Below, in pieces: positions 48,201 to 54,385 of a stretch of DNA of 64,000 nucleotides. The first letter of the stretch is position 1; each line of letters starts with the position of its first letter. The stretch is from an uncultured Clostridia bacterium (lineage in GTDB: Bacteria; Bacillota; Clostridia; Christensenellales; UBA3700). The stretch is from assembly GCA_944383935.1 (NCBI GenBank), contig CALWRK010000002.1, forward strand, positions 1,064 to 65,063, in the 5' to 3' direction. The position numbers and the translations under genes are program-made. The notes beneath the pieces are model-generated. The model was not told where the DNA came from. It saw only the letters and a list, made by a program, of their open reading frames with translations, and ran no database searches.

Positions 48201-49769
48201 GTCCTCTATCGCTCCGCGCTTGCGCTCCCTTCCGCACCATGTTCCGCCGCACTTCGTGCGCCTGCGGACCAATACGAATATGTCCTTTTCTTCTTCCGCT
48301 TCAGACAATATATCCAATACCGCCGCATCATCTTCCGAGCGCTCATTGTCTGCCTTTTTCAAATCCGCCAGCAGTACAAAGCCCGCGTTTTCGTCTTTAT
48401 TTGCACAGCGCAGCGCCCTGATATTGCACAAGGCATTTACGGCAGACTCTTTACTCGTGATAAGCTCGGACACCACGGTGAGCACCCTGCCTTGCTCGGG
48501 AATTTTGTCCAGCTTCAATCTGGGAACGGGTCGCGTAGGCAAAAAAGTGCCCAATGTGCGCACGATTAGATATTCCACAGGTATAAGCGCACCGAAAAAT
48601 GTTGCGAAAAACACGCCCGCCGACAATGCCGCAGATGGCATCAATACCGCCGCCACACAGGACAATGCCAAATCCAAGGCAAATACCGCGGCAAAAAAGA
48701 ATGCCGCTCTGTTCCTCCCTCCCGACGGCGGCAGATTCTTGCCTTTTAACAAGCGGTACAGCACTTTCCTGCTTTCAAAAAGCAATGTGCCGAAATGCAC
48801 TTCGCGTTTGCGCGCCTGTTCAAGCACTCTCTCCGCCACATTCCTTTCCGACATATTCGCATAGCGTGCGAACGCCCCCGTTGCGGTGAGATACAGTTTC
48901 TTGGATGTTTCATCCATATTGCGATAGGTTTCGTCGGAACGGTATATTTCATCTACGGGGGACATTTCCAGTAAAGTGGGCAAAGTAACGTCCGCAAGCG
49001 TCTTTAACGACTTAATCGCGCCTGCCAGCAAGAGGGCGGTATCCGCGATATACACGCCGAAAGTCACTTCCGCGCTCTCCCTCCCGGTTTCGATATCCTC
49101 TTCTCCCGTGAGTTTCCCCGACAACTTGCAGTAATAAGTATATCCCGGCAATGCGGAGTGCGATGGCTGAAAACTCTCGTCTTTTTCGGCAAAATATGCC
49201 GCCTTGTGCATTTTAACTATGCGCTTGCACATACGGGAGATATGTCTTAAAAGAGAGTATTCAAATGCCGCAGGCAGCGAAAATATCTCTTCTTCCGTAA
49301 GCGGAGCGTATTTATTGAACAGCTTTACGCCGCTTGTACATCTGTCTATATCCACCTCGCATCTATCCAAGGAGGTTAGCAGATGTGTGAGCGCTACCGC
49401 CCTTATCTTTCCCCTGCTTCTAGGGAGGAGATTGAGGGACAAAAGCCGCTTTTTCACGACGGAGGATAAGATAAAATTGCCGTTTTCATACAGCCATTTT
49501 TCACATTCGTTCAGCCTTTTCCCCTGTCTTACACTCTTTTTTACCAACCGAAATGCGCGCTTAATCTCGTGCAGAGTTTCATGCAGAGGGATTCCCACGC
49601 CCGCCCTGTCGCGTACGGTCATCGACTGGGCGAGAGTTACCACATTCAAATCCAAATCTTCTTCATCCGCGCGGGCGATGACCGCAAAATGTCTTCTGCG
49701 TCTGAGCGACATGAGCGCAGGAAGCATAAAGCCAAGTACCAGCGCGGCGATTATCAAATAATATACCAT
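42258..49769 (-). CDS. cyclic beta-1,2-glucan synthase-type multidomain enzyme (TM + GT84-like glycosyltransferase, cyclization domain, GH94-like phosphorylase)
   Basis: GT84-type motifs ILLDSDS, LSHDIAEG and ERWHRGD are flanked by TM helices. Cyclase-type blocks are TSPTNLG, FYNWY, SSVDNGNLAACL, WAGTAFEYLMPQ, GISESGYYAFD and MTHHQGM. GH94 blocks are GFRDQLQD, GGGDWNDALN and GGQYTHGAIW. Start set at ATG 49769 (GAGG 5 nt upstream); the track ORF starts at GTG 49799. Confidence 0.8.
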   Translation of the reverse strand: MVYYLIIAALVLGFMLPALMSLRRRRHFAVIARADEEDLDLNVVTLAQSMTVRDRAGVGIPLHETLHEIKRAFRLVKKSVRQGKRLNECEKWLYENGNFILSSVVKKRLLSLNLLPRSRGKIRAVALTHLLTSLDRCEVDIDRCTSGVKLFNKYAPLTEEEIFSLPAAFEYSLLRHISRMCKRIVKMHKAAYFAEKDESFQPSHSALPGYTYYCKLSGKLTGEEDIETGRESAEVTFGVYIADTALLLAGAIKSLKTLADVTLPTLLEMSPVDEIYRSDETYRNMDETSKKLYLTATGAFARYANMSERNVAERVLEQARKREVHFGTLLFESRKVLYRLLKGKNLPPSGGRNRAAFFFAAVFALDLALSCVAAVLMPSAALSAGVFFATFFGALIPVEYLIVRTLGTFLPTRPVPRLKLDKIPEQGRVLTVVSELITSKESAVNALCNIRALRCANKDENAGFVLLADLKKADNERSEDDAAVLDILSEAEEEKDIFVLVRRRTKCGGTWCGRERKRGAIEDLNSLLLRGDSSAFEYISSTPFTPVFVILLDSDSKLGVGGVKRAVGAAIHPLASKYDILSFGCRYNLSSVKTLYSLRYLRESGTEEYCSYSDFYYNLCKQSVFCGKGIYNLKRFDKKLRGVLPQGKVLSHDIAEGALTNCAAAGDFVYEDIPPTFAAEAARTERWHRGDLLLLPLAFSANRVHPLYRYIILRNAIRVFSPVAMLAALIAALVLGSVPLAAVVGICLLAVPLIQAGFALYSLASGVRLRYALSEFIFAILGGMEGIVMLPFYATSSIIVVIKTLYRCIFRKNLLEWRTFAGTMHEPLSAHFAAIFPGILLLAVLAGTLYMHTAVLVYAAVGIAYACLTAVGNIRLKGHKCNSDAFLRGVATDTYSYFSYMREKTPLIADNYSFETGGRIADMTSPTNLGMGVLAHVCAAECGITDIATAVKRIDEDVARLGKLKTWRGNFYNWYSSSGEVKHPAFISSVDNGNLAACLITARAFLRRHGCDFADIDRILDAMKLEALLDKHNGRFYIGYNKDSGIYEGHYDMLASEARILAYIASCRNINAWENLRRDIIGERGNMLVSWAGTAFEYLMPQIFFSDVPYSLLTHSCASACSIMSASACNGVFGISESGYYAFDDRGNYRYGQWGLEELALKSGENRCVISPYSSALMLKYKPHRAAANLKKLKKRGVYGKFGFCEAVDYSAGGKLVCSYMTHHQGMLLAAITNALKGNVISRLFMSDDYMRGGELMLEERLPRTVSARKPKADFVYANSAASSFFRTSDGAGDLKVALLSEDKYSAAFTESGCGYAIYNGYMVNRWRKDPKRADGGFFIVTDGADEYSPTYIPQKSEEEKYTFTYNTESAEYENISRSCKMKVFLLTGAVGEMRKLTVKNSSDKVKEYDISYSERLSMAREEEYLSHPVYSDMFVSAQRTESGVILEKRGRGEEKDFYAAVKLHGAKDVRYNCNAAKEYRGTGYEFNDVLYPIISIKCKLTISPGESKDVYILKAFSNDKEELEKYIADMDEENYYAYCERCASMYSLRTSKYRSFGAVNELIDELAPVMVYNVQSAQKIQPYNLTSLGKIFVIDYERDFHLLESAICAILYMNLCGLSCKLYVVLDKSDRYYPHKRDYVLHATCAGNIEKLNIVHIKDILQIESELPRPIVYFTDLLYGNVRRESEDNSLGYGNGQDVSRGAIGDVIKDGYEPSLDNYFEENIEEDSQDIHIFASVKKFRKGISEHIYKPKIALKSGYGYFTVGENYVISSPTPLPYSNVIADEKGGCVVTEMGGGFTFGENACEEKLSVWNNDPAEDVPSERIYLAVDDSLTQVNRIQAGGYVEHGRGFTCFEGMAEGFRYLLQTGIIRNGECRVYRLLIKNVHGKESADIIFDMDFLLGRIYDPWGLNIFERGGCIAAENLVTGKRAFVRCLQGGKVQVFHSYMCAKSGSIYYEEVGMGKYNVPCAQIVKSLILPVGECAEVDFLIGAEGNTLLSMSADDVNDEWKKQLRKFENICKIRFEGVPAEEKLLMELLPYQVYSSRLSGRCGYYQAGGAIGFRDQLQDCLAHIYSDPDYVADMIVECAAHQYEEGDVMHWWHRPCLGVRTRITDDRLFLGYVTAEYIEHTGDKGILDREIPYLHSAILKDGEESRLETGVYAGEKGTLSDHILRAVDSAANRGEHGLLLIGGGDWNDALNGIGLGGRGESVWLTEFAVCVIKKILPLMDVGMRGDYIRLVAELSDAVNNAYFDGRYARAFTDGGVWLGRDNSPACKVDIISQAWAVISGIANTERIKSCMAHAKKLIDEDAGVVRLLAPPFEKTFDCGYISAYPKGVRENGGQYTHGAIWLFKAFCMAGDAEYAQKLAKILNPIYLCEGDGKDRYCAEPYVIAADVYYNKDMKGRAGWSWYTGSAAWYYKTYLEDYLGFRIRNGAIECRRPIARDVRPIITFTHKEAEFCVRYDYGDRDCVIENGVMLTGVPVSIDRAKGRYEITFIFKRKEN

Positions 49770-49820
49770 AATTGCCTCAGAGCAATTATTGCCCCGCACG
49801 GCGCACTTATACCGATAAAT

Positions 49821-49842
49821 AAAAAAGGCGGCAACGCCGCCT
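49821..49842 (-). terminator. rho-independent terminator after the RNase P RNA
   Basis: Minus strand AGGCGGC-guu-GCCGCCU followed by UUUUUUAUUU. Confidence 0.8.
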
Positions 49843-49851
49843 ATACTAAAT

Positions 49852-50170
49852 CCCCAAATGATCCGTAAGCCGGATTCTGTTTACGATGACCATCTATCCA
49901 GGCGCGGCGTTACCGACGCGCTCAAGCGATTTTCCGACGCGGCAGGCTACCGCATAATGTCGTTTTCTCTTGCACCGAGTGGGGTTTACAGGGCATTCCG
50001 CGTTACCGCAGAATCGGTGAGCTCTTACCTCGCCTTTCCATCCTTACCCGTGAGGGCGGTCTATTTCTGTTGCACTTTCCTTTAAGTCGCCTTAACCGGT
50101 AATTAGCCGGCACTCTGCCTTGCGGTGTCCGGACTTTCCTCACATAATGTGCGGTCATCCGATCATTTGG
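49852..50170 (-). ncRNA. rnpB: RNase P RNA (bacterial type A, compact, ~320 nt)
   Basis: Minus strand contains the P4 halves GAGGAAAGUCCGGAC and ACAGAAUCCGGCUUA, plus GGUAAGAGCUCACC, GUAAACCCCACUCGGUGCAAG and GCCUGGAUAGAUGG blocks. The P1 helix CCAAAUGAUC/GAUCAUUUGG closes the molecule. Confidence 0.88.
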
Positions 50171-50176
50171 GCTTTC

Positions 50177-50205
50177 AATATAACACCAACGCCGTTAAAA
50201 GTCAA
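50177..50205 (-). promoter_or_regulatory. sigma-A promoter of rnpB overlapping the 3' end of sigK
   Basis: Minus strand reads TTGACT-17 nt-TATATT. The predicted TSS coincides with the first P1 nucleotide (about 50170). The -35 box lies in the last sigK codons. Confidence 0.6.
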
Positions 50206-50893
50206 GTCCGTTGCATTGAATATACTTCCTCAACTTCTCTATCGCCTTCTTTTCTATCCTGGATATGTACGAGCGCGATATACCGAACTTTTCCGCCACT
50301 TGCAACTGCGTGTGCGCGGGGGTATTGTCCAACCCGTATCTCATTTTGATAATCTCATATTCCCTTCCGTCCAAAGCGGCTTTGACCACCTCTTTCAGCT
50401 TTTCGCGCACAAGAGAGTTCTCTACCTCGTCTATCACGTCGGTGCTGTCTTCCAACAAGTCCATGAGGGTAACTTCGTTGCCGTCCTTATCGCTGCTGAC
50501 CGGTTCGAAGAGAGAACGGGTACCCTTGTATTTCTTGCTCGCGCGCAGCGTCATAAGTATCTCATTTTCTATACACTTACTGGCATATGTGGCAAACTGA
50601 GTCCCCCTGCCCGGTGAATATGTGTTTACCGCCTTTATCAATCCTATCGAGCCCACCGATATGAGTTCGTCGTTATCGTTGTATCCGGAGTATTTCTTTA
50701 CTATATGCACGACAAGGCGCATATTATGCCCCACTAGCTCATCTCTTGCGCTCTTATCGCCCTTCCACATTCGCTCTATCAGCTGTTTTTCCTTTTCTTC
50801 CGATAGCGGAAGAGGAAAACTGTTCTTATTCTTCACATAGCCCGTAAAGAAAAATATATTGCCCAATAGTGCAAAAAGTCCGCCTAAAAACAT
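50195..50893 (-). CDS. sigK: sporulation sigma factor SigK (pro-sigma-K, uninterrupted)
   Basis: The pro-sequence junction FFFTGYVKNKNSFPLPLSEEKEKQL parallels B. subtilis LVSYVKNNAFPQPLS. Regions 2-4 are conserved ([27 protein letters not shown]). Confidence 0.88.
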   Translation of the reverse strand: MFLGGLFALLGNIFFFTGYVKNKNSFPLPLSEEKEKQLIERMWKGDKSARDELVGHNMRLVVHIVKKYSGYNDNDELISVGSIGLIKAVNTYSPGRGTQFATYASKCIENEILMTLRASKKYKGTRSLFEPVSSDKDGNEVTLMDLLEDSTDVIDEVENSLVREKLKEVVKAALDGREYEIIKMRYGLDNTPAHTQLQVAEKFGISRSYISRIEKKAIEKLRKYIQCNGLDF

Positions 50894-50961
50894 ATATTCA
50901 CCGCCTTTTATCCCTTATTAAAGCGCTTTATACGCATTTTTTCGGGATATGTTCTGAAATA

Positions 50962-50969
50962 TATGTATG
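50962..50969 (-). promoter_or_regulatory. candidate mother-cell (sigma-E/K type) -10 element upstream of sigK
   Basis: Minus strand CATACATA (consensus CATACA-T) lies about 70 nt upstream of the sigK ATG. GTACAAGC, resembling a SpoIIID box (GGACAAG), sits about 10 nt further upstream. Confidence 0.35.
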
Positions 50970-51016
50970 AACTTTACGGCTTGTACAATTCCCGAGCGCA
51001 AAATTTTGCGCCGTAA

Positions 51017-51043
51017 AATAAAAAAGCGGCTTATAAAAGCCGC
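51017..51043 (-). terminator. rho-independent terminator of nrdR
   Basis: Minus strand GCGGCUU-uuau-AAGCCGC followed by UUUUUUAUUUU. Confidence 0.85.
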
Positions 51044-51064
51044 AATGTTATACTGTCTGTCAAA

Positions 51065-51529
51065 TTATTTTTCCTGCTTGTTTTTAAGCACTTGGTTTAT
51101 TTCGTCCAGCCAGCTGTTTATGTCCTTAAATTGACGGTGAACGGCGGCGAAACGAACATACGCCACATCGTCTATCTCTTTAAGTCCGTCCATGACCATC
51201 TCTCCTATCTCGTCTGAGGTTATCTCCTGATCGAGGTGGTTTGCCACGCGCTTTTCTATGTCCGACACCAGATTGTCTATCTGCTGCATTGCCACCGGAC
51301 GTTTCTCGCACGCTTTCATTATTCCCTGCCTCACCTTCTGGGCGGAAAAGGCCTGCCTGCACCCATTCTTCTTCACCACCATGACGGGAGTGAACTCCAC
51401 CGTTTCATATGTGGTGAATCTCCTTCCGCACGCGGTGCATTCGCGCCTGCGGCGGATGGATGTTCCGTCCTCGTTGACGCGCGAATCTATAACTTTGCTG
51501 TCCATGCAACCGCAATATATACATTTCAT
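51065..51529 (-). CDS. nrdR: transcriptional repressor NrdR
   Basis: MKCIYCGCMDSKVIDSR...CTACGRRFTTYE zinc ribbon plus an ATP-cone. Start at ATG 51529; the track ORF extension overlaps the promoter. Confidence 0.92.
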   Translation of the reverse strand: MKCIYCGCMDSKVIDSRVNEDGTSIRRRRECTACGRRFTTYETVEFTPVMVVKKNGCRQAFSAQKVRQGIMKACEKRPVAMQQIDNLVSDIEKRVANHLDQEITSDEIGEMVMDGLKEIDDVAYVRFAAVHRQFKDINSWLDEINQVLKNKQEK

Positions 51530-51553
51530 ATGTCTGCCCCGTGGTTTTTTCTT

Positions 51554-51582
51554 TATTATACCACGCCATATGAAAATATGCA
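51554..51582 (-). promoter_or_regulatory. sigma-A promoter of nrdR (extended -10)
   Basis: Minus strand reads TTGCAT-17 nt-(TGg)TATAAT, about 24 nt upstream of the nrdR ATG. Confidence 0.6.
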
Positions 51583-51589
51583 AATATTT

Positions 51590-51865
51590 TCAACAATCGC
51601 GCGGACACGCGGGCGAATTTACCCTTTCCCCCAACTCTATGAGAATGGCATCTTCGCCTATCTTGATTATGTTTTTCCACGGGACAAAGATACTCTCGTC
51701 TCCCGATATGTTCTTGAAAAACTTTTTTTCACCAGGCACGATTATCCCCACGACGTTTCCGCTGCAAGTCAATGCGATGTCCAAAATACGCCCCAGTTTC
51801 TTTCCGTCAGTGATGTTTACCACCTCTTTTTCCCTGAGTTCGCAAAATGTAAGATCGGATATCAT
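51590..51865 (-). CDS. ylmC: YlmC/YmxH-family sporulation protein (PRC barrel)
   Basis: 91 aa. CELREKEVVNITDGKKLGRILDI...VPWKNIIKIGEDAILIE is typical of YlmC/YmxH. Confidence 0.85.
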   Translation of the reverse strand: MISDLTFCELREKEVVNITDGKKLGRILDIALTCSGNVVGIIVPGEKKFFKNISGDESIFVPWKNIIKIGEDAILIELGERVNSPACPRDC

Positions 51866-51866
51866 A

Positions 51867-51900
51867 AAAGCCCTCCGACATATCTTATGCGGAAGGCTTT
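51867..51900 (-). terminator. stem-loop between sigG and ylmC (terminator-like; its 3' arm contains the ylmC SD)
   Basis: Minus-strand RNA GCCUUCCG-cauaagauaugu-CGGAGGGC (one G-U pair) followed by UUUU and then AUG of ylmC. Confidence 0.5.
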
Positions 51901-51907
51901 GCTTTAA

Positions 51908-52675
51908 TTACAGCGTCACGAATTCTTTGATATACGCCAACGCGCCCTTTTCCAGCCTGCTCACCTGAGCTTGCGATATACCCATGATGCGCGATATCTC
52001 CGTCTGAGTTTTTCCCTTGAAATATCTGAGCGTTATAATTCTCCTCTCCCTCTCGGGCAGATCTTTCAGCGCGGATTTAATGGAGATGTCGTCTATCCAC
52101 TTTTCTTCGCAGCAGCGCTCGTCTCCCAGCTGTTCCAAAAGACTTACGCTGTCGTCCCCCTCTCCGTATACGCACTCTTGAAGGGATATGGGTTCGCTTA
52201 CCGCATCCAGCGCCGCCACCACGTCCTTATACGGCACATCTATCTCCGCCGCCACCTCCATCAGTGAAGGCTCGCTCCTGCCTACCGACATCTCCTCCCT
52301 TGCTTTCAGCGTCTTATATGCGATATCTCGCATACTTCTGCTCACCTTAATAGAGGTGCCTTCTTTGATAAATCTGCGTATTTCACCTATGATCATGGGC
52401 ACGGCATAGGTGGAAAACCGCACGTTAAAGGAGCTGTCAAAGCCGTCTATCGCCTTCATAAGTCCTACTATGCCCACTTGAAAGAGATCGTCGCTGCACG
52501 CCTTTCCCTTAAAACGCTGTACGATGGATAAAACGAGCCGAATATTCGCCATAACCAGCCTTTCTCTTGCCGCGCCATCTCCGTCTGCGGATTTTTTCAG
52601 CAACTCTTCGCACTCTTCGTTGCTTATGCGCGGCAGAGTGCTTGTGTCACAGTTACATAAGTTTACCTTGTACAT
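51908..52675 (-). CDS. sigG: sporulation sigma factor SigG
   Basis: VNLCNCDTSTLPRISNEE, DLFQVGIVGLMKAIDGFD, FSTYAVPMIIGEIRRF and GISQAQVSRLEK closely parallel B. subtilis SigG. Confidence 0.9.
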   Translation of the reverse strand: MYKVNLCNCDTSTLPRISNEECEELLKKSADGDGAARERLVMANIRLVLSIVQRFKGKACSDDLFQVGIVGLMKAIDGFDSSFNVRFSTYAVPMIIGEIRRFIKEGTSIKVSRSMRDIAYKTLKAREEMSVGRSEPSLMEVAAEIDVPYKDVVAALDAVSEPISLQECVYGEGDDSVSLLEQLGDERCCEEKWIDDISIKSALKDLPERERRIITLRYFKGKTQTEISRIMGISQAQVSRLEKGALAYIKEFVTL

Positions 52676-52726
52676 AATCCCTCCTTATGTATCGCAACAT
52701 GAGAAATTATGCGCAATATATTAAAC

Positions 52727-52756
52727 TTTTATTCCCCGCTTATAATATCGGCATAC
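52727..52756 (-). promoter_or_regulatory. candidate forespore (sigma-F/G type) promoter upstream of sigG
   Basis: Minus strand reads GTATG-15 nt-GGGAATAAAA, resembling the sigma-F consensus GYATA-N15-GGnnAnAHTR. It lies about 50 nt upstream of the sigG ATG. Confidence 0.4.
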
Positions 52757-52759
52757 GCC

Positions 52760-53470
52760 CTAGTATTGCTCTAATTTGGCTATCTCCTTGCGCAGCTTCT
52801 TCATCACCTTCTTTTCTAAGCGCGATATGTACGACTGCGATATTCCCATTATATCGGCTATTTCCTTTTGAGTTTTCTTCTTGGCTCCCAGCAACCCGAA
52901 ACGCATTTTCACTATCTCTTTTTCTCTGGGGGAAAGTTTTTCAAAACACGCGAGCAATATATCCCGCTCCGCCTCGTTCTCCACATCCTTGTATATCACG
53001 TCGCTGTCCGTCCCCAAGACGTCGGAAAGAAGAAGCACGTTTCCCTCCCAATCCACATTGAGAGGTTCGTCCAAAGACATCTCGCTTCTGGTCTTTGACG
53101 TCTTTCTCAAAAACATGAGTATTTCGTTTTCTATACACCTGCTGGCATATGTAGCCATCTTTATCTGTTTGCTCCCGTCAAAAGAATTCACCGCCTTGAT
53201 AAGCCCTATCGTGCCTACCGATATTAGGTCTTCTATATCCGATCCGGTATTGTCAAACTTTTTGGCTATGTACACCACAAGGCGTAAATTTCGCTCTATA
53301 AGTTCGTTTTTTGCCGCTTCATCATTCTCTCCCAACTTTATAATCAGCTGCTTTTCCTCCTCGGGAGTAAGCGGTGCGGGCAGAGCTTCTCCCCCGCCGA
53401 TAAAATCCGCCCGATTGTCGGAGTACAGATTGAGAACACTCAATATTTTTGCCAAAAGTCTTCTTATCAT
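52760..53470 (-). CDS. sigE: sporulation sigma factor SigE (pro-sigma-E)
   Basis: [50 protein letters not shown] and [13 protein letters not shown] are near-identical in pattern to B. subtilis SigE. Confidence 0.92.
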   Translation of the reverse strand: MIRRLLAKILSVLNLYSDNRADFIGGGEALPAPLTPEEEKQLIIKLGENDEAAKNELIERNLRLVVYIAKKFDNTGSDIEDLISVGTIGLIKAVNSFDGSKQIKMATYASRCIENEILMFLRKTSKTRSEMSLDEPLNVDWEGNVLLLSDVLGTDSDVIYKDVENEAERDILLACFEKLSPREKEIVKMRFGLLGAKKKTQKEIADIMGISQSYISRLEKKVMKKLRKEIAKLEQY

Positions 53471-53478
53471 ACCTCACC

Positions 53479-54258
53479 TCATATACCCGCAGGCAGGATC
53501 ACGCGAAATTCGCCAGTTCCGGTTTTACTTACCGCCGCTGTGACGTCTTTAACGCTTCTCCCCTTTTCCTGAGGAAAATTTACGCTGTCGATTTTTATAG
53601 CCGGCAGATAGCATTCGCCGGATACCGTCTTTACCCATATGCCGCCCGTGCGCAATGCGCCCTTTTTTATAAGTTTATCCGCAAGTTTCCTGTCAATTAC
53701 TATCACGCCTCTTCCGCCGCGTATCAGCGTGTTTCCCGTGTCGATAAAGCCCTCGCAAGCTATCTCTCCTCCCCCTACGACAAGCACCACCTTGCACTCT
53801 CTGCTGCCTGTGGCGCGCTTCTTTGCGATATATCCGCCGGTTTGTCGAACTATGTATAAGAGCACTATCGCAGCCGCGGCAATATATGCGCCCGTGAGGT
53901 TGCCGGGATAATACATGGCGTTGATTATATCGGAAACGGTCAGGCTGTTCAGCGCAATGACTACGCCGCCCAACGCCGCCGTAAATGCAAAATATAAGAG
54001 CGTTGCCAAAATGTATCTCTTTATAGACGGATATCTGCTCATTACGGCGGTCATGATGAAGAGCATGATCACTTTCACCACGCCTGCCGCGGCAAAGTTT
54101 ATGTAGGGAACAACTGCCGCGAATCCGCTCCCCGCCAATGCGGCGAGCGATATTCTCCACCCCGACACCTTCATCTTTAATAGGGTGAGCGTTAAATATG
54201 CCACAAAGGCGTCTATAAAAAAATTGCCGAGTATCACATACTCCACATATATGACCAT
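53479..54258 (-). CDS. spoIIGA: sigma-E processing peptidase SpoIIGA
   Basis: N-terminus MVIYVEYVILGNFFIDAF parallels B. subtilis MKIYLDVIWLLNFCFDAL. Five TM segments. Aspartic protease motif GFIDTGN. Confidence 0.88.
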   Translation of the reverse strand: MVIYVEYVILGNFFIDAFVAYLTLTLLKMKVSGWRISLAALAGSGFAAVVPYINFAAAGVVKVIMLFIMTAVMSRYPSIKRYILATLLYFAFTAALGGVVIALNSLTVSDIINAMYYPGNLTGAYIAAAAIVLLYIVRQTGGYIAKKRATGSRECKVVLVVGGGEIACEGFIDTGNTLIRGGRGVIVIDRKLADKLIKKGALRTGGIWVKTVSGECYLPAIKIDSVNFPQEKGRSVKDVTAAVSKTGTGEFRVILPAGI

Positions 54259-54264
54259 ATCCGA

Positions 54265-54270
54265 ATTATA
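54265..54270 (-). promoter_or_regulatory. -10 box (TATAAT) 6 nt upstream of the spoIIGA ATG
   Basis: Minus strand reads aagtTATAATtcggatATG. No SD, and no canonical -35 at 17 nt. Confidence 0.45.
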
Positions 54271-54292
54271 ACTTAGACGGGCTGCAAAAAGT

Positions 54293-54308
54293 TTCCGAAT
54301 ACGTCGAA
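54293..54308. promoter_or_regulatory. two tandem Spo0A-box-like heptamers upstream of spoIIGA
   Basis: + strand TTCCGAAtaCGTCGAA (0A box consensus TGNCGAA), centred about 35-50 nt upstream of the predicted TSS. Confidence 0.3.
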
Positions 54309-54334
54309 TGAGAAATTTTACATATCAAACGGAA

Positions 54335-54363
54335 TAAAAATATCCGCTCCGAAAAGAGCGGAT
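54335..54363 (-). terminator. rho-independent terminator of ftsZ
   Basis: Minus strand AUCCGCUC-uuuucg-GAGCGGAU followed by AUUUUUAUU. Confidence 0.8.
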
Positions 54364-54385
54364 ATGTGTGTGATTTACTCCTATT

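Noticed and set aside
50195-50893. Possible skin-like interruption or pseudogenisation of sigK
   Set aside because: The ORF is continuous from the pro-sequence through region 4.2 (232 aa), and no recombinase or insertion is nearby.
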